A DNA stretch of 64,000 bases from Escherichia coli (GCF_003018235.1 NZ_CP027437.1); one strand, 5' to 3'. Numbered from the stretch's first letter, positions 22,373 to 33,225 are shown. The notes: a model not told the origin generated them from the letters alone. Made by a program: numbers and translations.

Positions 22373-24589
22373 ATGAATTTATTTTTCATAGTCGATAAGT
22401 TGGATTGGGCATTCGGTAGAATAGCTCAAAATATAGCAACAGAATTAAGTAGCTTTAATGTAAAAATAGTTTGCACCGATGATTTTAAAACTGTGGCAGA
22501 CTTTGCTATGCACATGGATAAAAACGTAAAAGAAAAGAGTATATTACACTTCTTTTGGCGTGATTATCTTATGGAAGTGATGAACTTCACTCAGCGGAAT
22601 CCCCAATATAAAGAAATTTTGATCAGAAATATTATCACAACGCATATTCCTGATCATCTTTTTACTTATGATGATATCGCAAACTATGAGAGAAGAATTC
22701 CTCTTATGAATTTTGTGGATGGGTATTTTGTTACATCCGGAAAATTGAAAGAGCTATATTCTGAACTGTCTGATTTTCCGCCTCCTCATAGCGTTATCTA
22801 TGATAATCCAGAAATTCCTATGAGCGAGGTAAAAAGCTATGATAATCATGATAGAAAAAAAATCGTATGGATTGGCAATAGTAAATGGGGAGAATACCTC
22901 GGTTACCAAGATTATAAAGGCCTGAATACAATAGTTTTGCCGGCTCTAGATAAATTAAAAAAATCTGGATATACATTTGATTATATTGAGTTTGATAGTT
23001 CTAAAGGCAAGACCGATCGTGAGGTAATTCTTAAAACACTTTCTGATGCAGATATTCTACTGATCAGTTCGAAATGTGAAGGTACACCATTGCCACTTCT
23101 TGAAGCAATGGCAAACAGTTGTGCTGTTGTGTCGACAGATGTTGGTATAGCAAATGAAGTATTACCTGAAAAGCAGTTACAGTATATTGTGTCTCGGGAT
23201 GCAGAGGCATTTTATTATTCGTTGAAAGGTCTTCTTGACGATCAACGCGGTCTTGAAGAGTTACAAAGAATGAATTATATAGCGTATCGTCAGCAATTTG
23301 TAGATGATAGCCTTATAGGTGACAAATGGGCATTGTTCTTCAAAGATATGTGTTCAAAATCGCAAAATGAATTTAAGAATATATTCCTTCGCGAGCAGAA
23401 AATTCCATCATTTAAAGAACGATTGATATCAAAAGCTATTTATAATCTAAGCAGACTAGCTCTTCGTTTGAATTTGATGAATACGCTAAAACAATATAGC
23501 CTGCTACGAAAAATATATTATAAGGTTGCAGGAACAACTACAAATCAAGTTGATTATGATTTGTTGGATGAATTTTATAGTAATGCAATATCAGATAAAG
23601 AAGTATTAGCATTTTACTCTGCATATTGGTCTGGTGTTGCCACATCAACAGCTAGTTTCTTTAAAGATGATAGTATCCAATATCCATATTATTCATATGA
23701 GTTCCCACAGGTTTCTAATCATGTCTATCTAAACAGATTAGCAGAAAAACTTGCTGAATCTAAAACACTAAAAAGTGTGATCATGAGCGGTGGAACACAA
23801 TTACAAATGGAACTTGCCAAAAAAATTAAGGCATTAAGTCCGAAAATAAAAATATTTTTTGCATGGCATGGTTCACCTGCTCAGTGGGTTGACTCCTCGC
23901 AATATTCAACGTTTGATGGATGGTATGAACTTTACCGAGAGCGAATTGCTGATGGGGTCATCTCGTTTAAGCCTGAGCTAGATGAAATACTCAATGCTTA
24001 CGGTATTCGTGCATTCTCAGTATCGAATTATGCTGTATCAGGCTCCTCGTTTTCTAAAAAATTAGCTGCACCTGATTCTGCCAATTTCCGCGTAGGTTTG
24101 TTCGCTGCAATGTTCAGTTGGTATAAAAATCCATTTCCTCAATTACTAGCAATTGGTTCATTAAAAGGATGTGAGCTAGTTACAAACTTGCATCTTGAAC
24201 ATAATATGAAGTGGGTTACTTCAAATATCAAGCTTACGACATTATCAGAAAATTTAAATAATAAGCGGTTTATCGAACTGCTATCTCGTTTACATGTTAT
24301 ATGCTATGTAACGAATACGGAATGTTCGCCAATGATAGCGTTGGAATCTGCAAGTGTCGGAACTCCATGCATTGTGGGGCCAGCTGGAAACATATATAAA
24401 GGTTTTCCTGAGTTAGAATTGTATTTGGTTGAAAAAGAGGTTGATAATCCAACTGCAATCAGGAATCGGTTACAATTAGTTCGTGATAATTACGAGGAAA
24501 TTACAGTTTTGCTTAATGCATTTGTTTTGGAATACAATTCCCGGCTAGAATTAATTAAAGAAAAGATGTATAAAGAGTTGAAGCAATGA
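22373..24589 (+). CDS. Two-domain glycosyltransferase (two GT-B modules), candidate O-antigen chain-extending enzyme
   Basis: 738 aa; N-terminal module with GNSKW ... EGTPLPLLEAMA motif, C-terminal module with ECSPMIALESASVGTP; low GC. Confidence 0.65.
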   Translation: MNLFFIVDKLDWAFGRIAQNIATELSSFNVKIVCTDDFKTVADFAMHMDKNVKEKSILHFFWRDYLMEVMNFTQRNPQYKEILIRNIITTHIPDHLFTYDDIANYERRIPLMNFVDGYFVTSGKLKELYSELSDFPPPHSVIYDNPEIPMSEVKSYDNHDRKKIVWIGNSKWGEYLGYQDYKGLNTIVLPALDKLKKSGYTFDYIEFDSSKGKTDREVILKTLSDADILLISSKCEGTPLPLLEAMANSCAVVSTDVGIANEVLPEKQLQYIVSRDAEAFYYSLKGLLDDQRGLEELQRMNYIAYRQQFVDDSLIGDKWALFFKDMCSKSQNEFKNIFLREQKIPSFKERLISKAIYNLSRLALRLNLMNTLKQYSLLRKIYYKVAGTTTNQVDYDLLDEFYSNAISDKEVLAFYSAYWSGVATSTASFFKDDSIQYPYYSYEFPQVSNHVYLNRLAEKLAESKTLKSVIMSGGTQLQMELAKKIKALSPKIKIFFAWHGSPAQWVDSSQYSTFDGWYELYRERIADGVISFKPELDEILNAYGIRAFSVSNYAVSGSSFSKKLAAPDSANFRVGLFAAMFSWYKNPFPQLLAIGSLKGCELVTNLHLEHNMKWVTSNIKLTTLSENLNNKRFIELLSRLHVICYVTNTECSPMIALESASVGTPCIVGPAGNIYKGFPELELYLVEKEVDNPTAIRNRLQLVRDNYEEITVLLNAFVLEYNSRLELIKEKMYKELKQ

Positions 24590-25365
24590 AAGAATCACTA
24601 ACAGATATATATTTGTCAATAAAATCGTGGCATCTTTGGACCACATTAGGTTGGTTAGAGTTAAGACAGAGATATAAAAGATCCATTGTTGGACCATTTT
24701 GGATTACACTAAGTATGGCGGTCCTTATTATTGCCTTAGGGGTGATTTATGGAGAACTATTTAAACTAGAAGTTAAAGAATATCTTCCGATGCTTGCAAT
24801 TGGTTTGGTTTTCTGGAGCTTTATTAGTGGCGTTATAAATGAAGGATGTGTTACTTTCATATCGTCCAGCTCCTTTATAAGTCAATTGCCAACTAAAAAA
24901 TTCATATATATTATGCAAATGCTATGGCGAAATTTTATGATGCTTTGCCATAATATAATAATAGTGATTGGTGTGTTGATTATATTCAACGTTTTTTCGT
25001 TGAGGAATTTCCCTCTTTTTATACTTGGCTTTATGATCGTAGCTGTTAACTTGATCTGGATTGCAACTTTGTTCGCGATGATTTCTGTACGTTTTAGAGA
25101 TTTTCCGCAAATGGTCATGAGCTTTATGCAGGTTGTCTTTTACATAACTCCAATATTATTTTCTGGAACAATGCTGGCTAAATATAGTTTACTGCTGAAG
25201 TTAAATCCATTTGCTTGGTTTATTGAGATTATTCGATCGCCTTTAGTGGGCAAAATGCCAGAGCTATACTGCTATTATAATTCCATTATCTTTGCATGCG
25301 TAGGAACAATTATCTCTCTAATTACATTTGCAAAATGTAGAAACCGCATTGCATATTGGGTGTAA
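24586..25365 (+). CDS. wzm: O-antigen ABC transporter permease
   Basis: 259 aa, six predicted TM helices, ABC-2 type; start overlaps upstream stop. Confidence 0.85.
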   Translation: MKESLTDIYLSIKSWHLWTTLGWLELRQRYKRSIVGPFWITLSMAVLIIALGVIYGELFKLEVKEYLPMLAIGLVFWSFISGVINEGCVTFISSSSFISQLPTKKFIYIMQMLWRNFMMLCHNIIIVIGVLIIFNVFSLRNFPLFILGFMIVAVNLIWIATLFAMISVRFRDFPQMVMSFMQVVFYITPILFSGTMLAKYSLLLKLNPFAWFIEIIRSPLVGKMPELYCYYNSIIFACVGTIISLITFAKCRNRIAYWV

Positions 25366-25371
25366 ATTATT

Positions 25372-26124
25372 ATGTCTCATTTGATTGACTTGAAAGATGT
25401 GGGTGTTGAATTTCCCATTTACGACGCTAAAAGTAGATCGTTTAAATCGCAGGTGGCAAATTTAACCCGTGGTGTAATTTCTTCAAAAAAAGAAAGCAGC
25501 ACAGTTACGGTTAAATCATTGGACGGTTTGACGTTTAGTCTGAAAGAAGGTGATAAACTCGGACTTATTGGAAATAATGGTGCGGGAAAATCTACGCTAC
25601 TGAAACTCTTGGCTGGTATTTATGAACCAACATCCGGCACAATTAAACGAAAGGGTAAGATAGTTCCTCTGTTGGACATCGCTCTAGGGATGGATGATGA
25701 TTCCACAGGATACCAAAATATAAAGCTACGTGGTTTATTACTAGGTATGACGAATGCAGAAATCGAGTCCAAAATAGAAGAGATCGCTTGTTTTACTGAA
25801 CTAGGTGATTATCTGAATCTACCAATTCGTGTCTACTCTACCGGCATGCGCGTGAGATTAGCATTCGCAGTATCAACTTCAGTTGATCCAGATGTACTTC
25901 TACTCGACGAAATTATTGGTACTGGCGATGCTTCCTTCTTAAATAAAGCAAAGAAAAGATTCGAGGAATTGCAGGAGAGGGCAAAGGTAGTTGTGTTGTC
26001 TTCGCATGACAATAATGTCATTCTGAAAACTTGTAATAAAGTCCTGTGGTTAGAGGGCGGTAAACCAAAGATGATTGGAGATCCGGAAGAAGTACTAAAT
26101 AAATATATGGATAGTGTGATTTAA
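25372..26124 (+). CDS. wzt: O-antigen ABC transporter ATP-binding protein (short form, no C-terminal carbohydrate-binding module)
   Basis: 250 aa; Walker A GNNGAGKST, signature YSTGMRVRLAFA, Walker B VLLLDE; protein ends shortly after the NBD. Confidence 0.85.
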   Translation: MSHLIDLKDVGVEFPIYDAKSRSFKSQVANLTRGVISSKKESSTVTVKSLDGLTFSLKEGDKLGLIGNNGAGKSTLLKLLAGIYEPTSGTIKRKGKIVPLLDIALGMDDDSTGYQNIKLRGLLLGMTNAEIESKIEEIACFTELGDYLNLPIRVYSTGMRVRLAFAVSTSVDPDVLLLDEIIGTGDASFLNKAKKRFEELQERAKVVVLSSHDNNVILKTCNKVLWLEGGKPKMIGDPEEVLNKYMDSVI

Positions 26125-26140
26125 AAAACAGGTGGTATGA

Positions 26141-27220
26141 GTGAAAATTGATTATGTCATTACAGGCATGAATGTCGGAGGCGCGGAAATGCAGGTAGTA
26201 GAACTGCTTCTCGAGCTTAAACGGTGTGGGCATTCTGTTCGGTTAATTTCGCTTACACCACCAGTTGATTTGATCGATAGGCTAATTAGAAATAACATCC
26301 CTGTTGTTTCATTGGGGATGAAGTCCAAATTAGGTTTACCATTTGCTGCATTTAAATTAGCCAGGTTGATGAGACAGAATTCTCCAGATATTGTGCATTC
26401 GCATATGTTTCATGCCAATATCCTAGTACGTCTTGTAAGAATATTTTTGGTGGATAGTACATCTATTATTTGTACTGCGCACAGCATTCGTGAAGGTGGC
26501 AGTGCTAGAGACTGGCTTTATCGTTTGACTAATAAATTAAGTGACTTGAATACAGTCGTAAGCGATGCGGCACGGCTGCGGTTTATTAACGACAAAGTAT
26601 TTCCATCAGAGAAAACACTTACTGTTTATAATTGTATCAATATTGATCATTTTCGTATCATTGATAGACAAAGCAGGAAACGATTTCGCTGGGTAACCGT
26701 TGGGCGGCTTGTAAAAGTAAAAAATCAACTTTTGATTTTGCAAGCGATGATGAAGTTGCCACTTAGTGAACTCATCATAATTGGAGAAGGCGAGGAACGA
26801 CTCTCATTACAAACATTTATCGATCAAAATTCTCTAAGCGAGCGAGTTACTCTCTTGGGTAAAAAAGATAATGTTGTTGATTATTATCATGATTCTGATG
26901 CTTTTGTGCTGGCCTCAGACTATGAAGGATTTGCACTTGTCGTGGCCGAAGCTATGGCATGCGGATTGCCAGTTGTCGCAACAAACTGTGGTGGGCCTGC
27001 TGAAATTATTGGAAATGGACAGGATTTTGGCATAACAATTTCGGTTAATGATGTACATCACTTAACCGCTGCGATGCAACAAATTGAATCATTAGATGTT
27101 GAACAGCGTAGAGGAAGTGGCTATCGTGCTCGGAAAAGAGTCATTGAGAAATTTTCTACTAAAAAAATCGTATCTCAATGGGAAGATATCTACCTGCGCA
27201 TACAGAAAAACAGAATTTAG
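26141..27220 (+). CDS. Glycosyltransferase, GT4 family
   Basis: 359 aa; GTG start with aggtgg RBS; GT-B motif region DYEGFALVVAEAMACGLPVVAT. Confidence 0.75.
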   Translation: MKIDYVITGMNVGGAEMQVVELLLELKRCGHSVRLISLTPPVDLIDRLIRNNIPVVSLGMKSKLGLPFAAFKLARLMRQNSPDIVHSHMFHANILVRLVRIFLVDSTSIICTAHSIREGGSARDWLYRLTNKLSDLNTVVSDAARLRFINDKVFPSEKTLTVYNCINIDHFRIIDRQSRKRFRWVTVGRLVKVKNQLLILQAMMKLPLSELIIIGEGEERLSLQTFIDQNSLSERVTLLGKKDNVVDYYHDSDAFVLASDYEGFALVVAEAMACGLPVVATNCGGPAEIIGNGQDFGITISVNDVHHLTAAMQQIESLDVEQRRGSGYRARKRVIEKFSTKKIVSQWEDIYLRIQKNRI

Positions 27221-27229
27221 AATTCACCT

Positions 27230-28384
27230 ATGAAAATAGCATTAATCGGTACTACAGCAGAAAGTCTAATCCAATTCAGAAAAGAACTGATTAATTTATT
27301 ACATAAAAATGGCCATGTTGTGTATGCGTTTGCAATTGATTATGATGATGTAACAAAAGAAAAAGTTAAATCATTTGGTGCTATACCAGTACATTACTGT
27401 TTCAGTCGAACAGGGCTAAATCCATTTTCTGATATTATCAATACCTATAAATTATATAAGATTCTAAAATCACTTAAGTTGGACTTGGTATTTTCATATT
27501 TTTCAAAGCCAGCCATTTTTGGTACTTTAGCAGCAAAATTTGCAAGAATACAGAAGCGTTATGCGATGCTTGAAGGGCTTGGTTTTTTCTTTACCAATTC
27601 TGGAGGGCAGGTTTCATTAAGGAATAAATTACTAAAGAAAATATTAGTATCACTTTACAAATTAAGTTTCAGACATATTGAAAGTCTTATCTTGCTTAAT
27701 GCGGATGATAAGCGAGACCTTTTAGTTAATGCAAAAATTCAAGTCAAAAAGGTTCATATATTAGGGGGGATTGGATTAAATATGTCTGATTACCCCTACT
27801 GCCCACCGCCTGTTGATCCAGTGTCTTTCATTTTTGTCGCTAGATTTTTACAAGAAAAGGGAGTTTATGAATTTATTGAGGCTGCACAAGTAGTCAAAAA
27901 GAAATTTCCTGAAACTCATTTTTGCATGCTGGGTCATCTGGATCTCCATAATCCGGGGAGCTTAACTACAGAGCGGCTTAATGATTTGAAGTGTAATAAC
28001 ATCATTGAGTTACCTGGCCACGTTGATAACGTGCAGGAGTGGCTTGCTAAAGCGAGTGTATTTGTATTGCCTTCCTGGCGTGAAGGGTTTCCGAGGAGTA
28101 CACAGGAGGCGATGGCAATGGGACGTGCTGTCATAACCAGCGATGTGCCAGGCTGCCGAGATACAGTAGTTGATGGTGTTAATGGATTTTTGATTAAGCC
28201 ACGTTCTTCTCATGCGTTAGCGGAAAAAATGCTCTGTTTTTTACATCAACCTGAGCTAATTACCCAAATGGGGAATGCAAGTCACCAAATAGCTTTACAA
28301 CAATTTGACTCATATATAGTTAATTCAAAACTTATGAAAATACTGCGCGTAGATGATGAAAATACAAAGTCTAATGACTGTTAA
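27230..28384 (+). CDS. Glycosyltransferase, GT4 family
   Basis: 384 aa; GT-B motif region SWREGFPRSTQEAMAMGRAVITSD. Confidence 0.75.
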   Translation: MKIALIGTTAESLIQFRKELINLLHKNGHVVYAFAIDYDDVTKEKVKSFGAIPVHYCFSRTGLNPFSDIINTYKLYKILKSLKLDLVFSYFSKPAIFGTLAAKFARIQKRYAMLEGLGFFFTNSGGQVSLRNKLLKKILVSLYKLSFRHIESLILLNADDKRDLLVNAKIQVKKVHILGGIGLNMSDYPYCPPPVDPVSFIFVARFLQEKGVYEFIEAAQVVKKKFPETHFCMLGHLDLHNPGSLTTERLNDLKCNNIIELPGHVDNVQEWLAKASVFVLPSWREGFPRSTQEAMAMGRAVITSDVPGCRDTVVDGVNGFLIKPRSSHALAEKMLCFLHQPELITQMGNASHQIALQQFDSYIVNSKLMKILRVDDENTKSNDC

Positions 28385-28432
28385 ATCATACAAATAAAAC
28401 GTTATAATAAATACAATTTGGTGGGGAATATT

Positions 28433-29581
28433 ATGGAAAGATTAAATTTGAGTGAAAAACCTGCTCACTCTTTACAAGAAGCGGCTATTCATTGTGCCAG
28501 ATATGCTAATATCTTACATCTTGTTAAAGATAAAGTAGTTCTCGACATTGCCTGCGGCGAAGGATATGGCTCAGCACTATTAATGAAAGCTGGTGCTAAA
28601 CGAGTTGTGGGGGTGGACATCTCTCAAGAGTCAATTGAGCACGCAAAGAAACTTTTTGGGGGATATAATGTTGAGTTTATTGTAAGTGATGCATGTACCA
28701 TCTCAGAGCGTTATGGTGAAGATTTTTTTGATATGGTTGTTTCAATAGAGACAATAGAACACATCAATACTCCTGAAGTTTTTCTTAGTGCTATCAAAAA
28801 AACTGCTAAAGAAAATGCGATTTTCTATATAACTTGCCCTAATGATTATTGGTATTATCCAAATGATGAACAATCCAATCCGTACCATGTACGAAAATAT
28901 ACTTTTCAAGAGTTCACCGAACTTAGTACAGTGATTTTGGGAAAGAATGTTCAATGGGCATATGGTTGTTCTGCTTTTGGATTTTGTACAGTCTCAGCAA
29001 ATAATCGAGGTTTTGAAAAAATAGGTTCTTCATGGATGGAAATAAGCGATTCGGAAAATTCAATTACTGTTTTAAATACAGATATTGACGCAGTTAGTGA
29101 AAATAATTGCAGTTTTTTTGTGGGCTTATGGAATGCACCTGAAACAAATTTTAGCAATAGTACATTCCCAATAAGTATGAATGCTTATTCGCGCATGACA
29201 GAAGAGTTCGAGTCGAATGTAAGTCTGGTACTTCGTGAGGAACAGGCAGAAAATAAAAAAGCTATATCAATATTAAAACAAGATATGAAAAAGTTAACAA
29301 TGGACCTGAGAAAATCAAACCTTTTATTATTCGCATTAAAAATCGAAAATGATGCATTGCGTACTAATATTTCCGAATTGCAACAACAGCTTGCCAGGAA
29401 AATTGCGATGTATGATGAAGTAACAAATACAAATAATAATTTAGTAACTACAAATTCATCATTGATGGAAAGAGTGTCACAGATGGAAATTCCATATTAT
29501 CGATACGTAAGGCTATCCGCCCTTCTTCCGGATTTTTTGAAAAAAATGATACTTAAAATTATGCGTTTGATCAGGAAATAA
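28433..29581 (+). CDS. SAM-dependent methyltransferase with C-terminal coiled coil and amphipathic helix (WbdD-like chain terminator candidate)
   Basis: Class I MTase motif VLDIACGEGYGS; heptad-like region around residues 270-350; basic amphipathic C-terminus LPDFLKKMILKIMRLIRK; ATG 28433 with ggtgggg RBS. Confidence 0.7.
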   Translation: MERLNLSEKPAHSLQEAAIHCARYANILHLVKDKVVLDIACGEGYGSALLMKAGAKRVVGVDISQESIEHAKKLFGGYNVEFIVSDACTISERYGEDFFDMVVSIETIEHINTPEVFLSAIKKTAKENAIFYITCPNDYWYYPNDEQSNPYHVRKYTFQEFTELSTVILGKNVQWAYGCSAFGFCTVSANNRGFEKIGSSWMEISDSENSITVLNTDIDAVSENNCSFFVGLWNAPETNFSNSTFPISMNAYSRMTEEFESNVSLVLREEQAENKKAISILKQDMKKLTMDLRKSNLLLFALKIENDALRTNISELQQQLARKIAMYDEVTNTNNNLVTTNSSLMERVSQMEIPYYRYVRLSALLPDFLKKMILKIMRLIRK

Positions 29582-29583
29582 AA

Positions 29584-31665
29584 ATGTCGGCACGTTTAAA
29601 ATTATTACCAGGGGTAAAATCAACTGAATATGTGTATTCAGACCTTCATGCTTTGCTCGATTCTAATGCTGAAAGCTCGTTTGGTCCGAACATTGGTAGT
29701 GATGGTTCTAACCTAACAATAACATGTTTATCGATGAGTAGAGTTTTTCTTACTGAAAAACTTGTTAATTCTATATATCAGCATATACCTAATTTCAAAG
29801 GTGATATCCTGATTGTTGATAACGGCAGTACATTAGAAGAACTTTCAGTTTTACAAACTTTAAGTGATAGGATTCCATTACATATTAGGGTTATCGAACT
29901 TGGTAATAATTTTGGCGTAAGTGGCGGAAGAAATAAAGCGTTAGAGCATATAAAAACAGAATGGGCTATGTTTCTTGATAATGATATTTATTTTATAAAC
30001 AACCCGTTCCCGAGATTGCAAAAGGATATTTCAAAACTTGGCTGTCATTTCATCAATATGCCATTGCTTGATTCTGATGGAGAAACATTATTCGCAAATG
30101 GAGGGAATATTTTCCTCCATATTGATAATGATTCGGTGCATGTTGGTGCAGGAAGTGCATGCGTCCAGGAAAAAATAACTACATATGATGGTGAGGGCTT
30201 CCTTTCTACATTTCTCTTTGGCGGTGCGAGTGTTATTAAAATTGACTCTCTGAAAAGTTTAGGGAAGTACGATGAAAATATGTTCATTGGATTTGAGGAT
30301 ATTGATTTATCGCTTCGTCTTTACCAGTCAGGAATGAAAGTAGGTACATGTGGTGCAATATCTTTAATCCATGATCACCCCAAACCTAGTTCTAATAAAG
30401 ATAAGGATTATGAGAAAATTCGCTTCACGAAAAGTATATTAAAAGAGTCTGCGGATTATCTTGAAAATAAATGGGGAATGGTTTTCTGGTCAGCTCCAGT
30501 TGATGATTGGTTGGAAGAGAAGCAACGTAGTTTTGAACTGATAACTCAAAAAGAAAGTAACTATTCGCAAATTGATGATAATAAACAAAATGTCATTTGT
30601 GATTTTCCAGTAGCAAAACCGAGAATTGCATTGATTATTGATACTGAAAACTGGGCATTCTCAAATATAGCAAATCAAATAGTCAATCATCTGTCAGATT
30701 CGTATGATTTTACAATAATACCAACTGAAATCATTGATAATATCAGTCAGGTTATTATGATGACCAAAAATCATGATATAACTCATTTCTTCTGGCGTGA
30801 ATCGCTTAGACTTATATATGATGAATGCTATATAAACTATAACCGGGCTATTGGATTTGATGAGCTTAGTTTTAAAAAACAATACTTAGATGGAAGGATA
30901 ATAACAAGTAGTGTTTATGATCATCTATTTCTTGATGAACAAGCTATAAAGTTAAGAAAAACATTTTATAATGATTTAATAACTGCTTATACAGTTAGTT
31001 CATCAAAATTATATGATATATACTCATCAATAGCCGAGTATCCTAATCCGTCAGTTCTTGCTGAAGATGGTGTCGATTTAAAACTATTTTATCCTCTCGA
31101 TCTTGAACGCTTTGACAATATTGAGTCGAGAACATTGCGCGTAGGTTGGGCTGGTAATTCTAAATGGGCGGGAGAAGTAGAGGATTTTAAAGGTTACCAT
31201 TCTTTATTAAAGCCAGCAGTTGAGCAATTACAATCAGAAGGATTGAATATAGAGTTAGTCCTTGCTGATCGTCAGCTCGGATTTATTCCTCATGATGAAA
31301 TGGTAAATTATTATAGCCAAATTGATGTCTATGTCTGTCCTTCAAAAATTGAGGGCACACCAAACCCTGTACTCGAATCTATGGCATGTGGCGTTCCCGT
31401 GATAAGTACTGATGTCGGTGTGGTTAATGATGCGTTTGGTGATATGCAAAAAGAATGGATTTTGCCAGTTAGAAGCAAGGATGTTTTGATAGATAAACTT
31501 CGGGATTTTTATAATAGGCGTAACACAGTGGTAAAATGTTTATCTTCAGAAAATCTGCAGCAAATAAAAAAATGGGATTGGAAAGTTAAATCTGAGAACT
31601 TCCGCATTTTTTTCGACAAATTATTAGAATCTAAAAAGCACAGCAAGATAAACACTGAAATGTGA
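29584..31665 (+). CDS. Two-domain glycosyltransferase (N-terminal GT2, C-terminal GT-B module)
   Basis: 693 aa; GT2 signature DILIVDNGST ... FLDNDIYF; C-terminal module with GNSKW ... EGTPNPVLESMACGVPVISTD, paralogous to the N-terminal module of the 738 aa protein. Confidence 0.7.
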   Translation: MSARLKLLPGVKSTEYVYSDLHALLDSNAESSFGPNIGSDGSNLTITCLSMSRVFLTEKLVNSIYQHIPNFKGDILIVDNGSTLEELSVLQTLSDRIPLHIRVIELGNNFGVSGGRNKALEHIKTEWAMFLDNDIYFINNPFPRLQKDISKLGCHFINMPLLDSDGETLFANGGNIFLHIDNDSVHVGAGSACVQEKITTYDGEGFLSTFLFGGASVIKIDSLKSLGKYDENMFIGFEDIDLSLRLYQSGMKVGTCGAISLIHDHPKPSSNKDKDYEKIRFTKSILKESADYLENKWGMVFWSAPVDDWLEEKQRSFELITQKESNYSQIDDNKQNVICDFPVAKPRIALIIDTENWAFSNIANQIVNHLSDSYDFTIIPTEIIDNISQVIMMTKNHDITHFFWRESLRLIYDECYINYNRAIGFDELSFKKQYLDGRIITSSVYDHLFLDEQAIKLRKTFYNDLITAYTVSSSKLYDIYSSIAEYPNPSVLAEDGVDLKLFYPLDLERFDNIESRTLRVGWAGNSKWAGEVEDFKGYHSLLKPAVEQLQSEGLNIELVLADRQLGFIPHDEMVNYYSQIDVYVCPSKIEGTPNPVLESMACGVPVISTDVGVVNDAFGDMQKEWILPVRSKDVLIDKLRDFYNRRNTVVKCLSSENLQQIKKWDWKVKSENFRIFFDKLLESKKHSKINTEM

Positions 31666-31754
31666 TCAAAATATCATTTTAACCTTAACACAGGTTTTTT
31701 ATCATTATCGTGAGTTAATAAGATCGTAGTATCTACACCTGACAGGAGTATGTA

Positions 31755-33161
31755 ATGTCTAAGCAACAGATCGGCGTCATCGGTATGGCAGTAATGGGGC
31801 GCAACTTGGCGCTCAATATTGAAAGCCGTGGTTATACCGTTTCCGTATTCAACCGCTCCCGTGAAAAGACCGAAGAAGTCATTGCTGAGAATCCGGATAA
31901 GAAACTGGTTCCTTATTATACGGTAAAGGAGTTTGTTGAATCACTTGAAACTCCTCGTCGTATCCTGTTAATGGTGAAGGCGGGCGCGGGTACAGATGCT
32001 GTCATTGATTCACTTAAGCCGTATCTGGAAAAAGGTGACATCATCATTGATGGCGGTAATACTTTCTTCCAAGATACTATTCGCCGTAACCGGGAACTAT
32101 CTGCCGAAGGTTTTAATTTCATCGGCACCGGTGTGTCCGGTGGTGAAGAAGGGGCGTTGAAAGGCCCATCTATTATGCCTGGAGGTCAGAAAGAAGCGTA
32201 CGAGTTAGTTGCTCCAATATTGACTAAAATCGCGGCCATTGCTGAAGATGGCGAACCGTGCGTAACTTATATCGGCGCTGATGGTGCAGGCCATTACGTG
32301 AAAATGGTCCACAACGGCATTGAGTACGGCGATATGCAGTTGATTGCTGAAGCCTATTCTCTGCTAAAAGGTGGTCTTAACCTGTCAAACGAAGAGCTGG
32401 CAGACACTTTTACCAAGTGGAATGAAGGTGAGCTCAGCAGTTACCTGATCGACATTACCAAAGACATTTTCACCCAAAAAGATGAAGAGGGTAAATTCCT
32501 GATCGATGTGATCTTGGATGAAGCGGCTAACAAAGGCACTGGTAAATGGACCAGTCAGAGTTCTCTGGACTTGGGCGAACCGCTATCTCTGATTACCGAA
32601 TCTGTATTCGCTCGGTATATCTCCTCCCTGAAAGACCAACGCGTAGCAGCTTCTAAGGTCTTGACCGGACCTAAAGCTCAGCTTGCAGGTGACAAAGTAG
32701 AGTTTATTGAGAAAGTACGTCGTGCATTATATCTGGGGAAAATTGTGTCTTATGCACAAGGATTCTCACAATTGCGTGCTGCATCTGATGAATATAAGTG
32801 GGATCTGCAATACGGTGAGATCGCGAAGATTTTCCGTGCTGGCTGTATCATTCGTGCACAGTTCTTGCAGAAAATCACTGATGCTTATGCTAACAATGAT
32901 AAAATCGAGAACCTGCTCCTGGATCCCTACTTCAAGAATATTGCTGATGAATACCAGCAAGCTCTGCGTGATGTGGTAACCTATGCGGTACAAAATGGTA
33001 TTCCTGTACCGACGTTTGGCGCAGCTGTCGCTTATTATGACAGCTACCGTGCAGCGGTACTACCGGCGAACCTAATACAGGCGCAGCGCGATTATTTTGG
33101 TGCACATACCTATAAGCGTACTGATAAAGAAGGCGTATTCCATACGGAATGGTTGAATTGA
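31755..33161 (+). CDS. gnd: 6-phosphogluconate dehydrogenase (decarboxylating)
   Basis: 468 aa; [12 protein letters not shown]ossmann motif; higher GC than flanks. Confidence 0.97.
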   Translation: MSKQQIGVIGMAVMGRNLALNIESRGYTVSVFNRSREKTEEVIAENPDKKLVPYYTVKEFVESLETPRRILLMVKAGAGTDAVIDSLKPYLEKGDIIIDGGNTFFQDTIRRNRELSAEGFNFIGTGVSGGEEGALKGPSIMPGGQKEAYELVAPILTKIAAIAEDGEPCVTYIGADGAGHYVKMVHNGIEYGDMQLIAEAYSLLKGGLNLSNEELADTFTKWNEGELSSYLIDITKDIFTQKDEEGKFLIDVILDEAANKGTGKWTSQSSLDLGEPLSLITESVFARYISSLKDQRVAASKVLTGPKAQLAGDKVEFIEKVRRALYLGKIVSYAQGFSQLRAASDEYKWDLQYGEIAKIFRAGCIIRAQFLQKITDAYANNDKIENLLLDPYFKNIADEYQQALRDVVTYAVQNGIPVPTFGAAVAYYDSYRAAVLPANLIQAQRDYFGAHTYKRTDKEGVFHTEWLN

Positions 33162-33194
33162 ATAATAAATTTTCATATTGTCTATTTTAATAAC

Positions 33195-33225
33195 AAGGCC
33201 ATCTTACAGGGTGGCCTTATTGTCA
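33195..33225 (+). terminator. Possible gnd terminator hairpin
   Basis: Inverted repeat aaggccatcttacagggtggcctt just after the gnd stop. Confidence 0.4.

Noticed and set aside
31666-31754. Possible mobile-element boundary or att site next to gnd
   Set aside because: No inverted or direct repeats or integrase genes were seen; the composition change is better explained by recombination at the conserved gnd flank.
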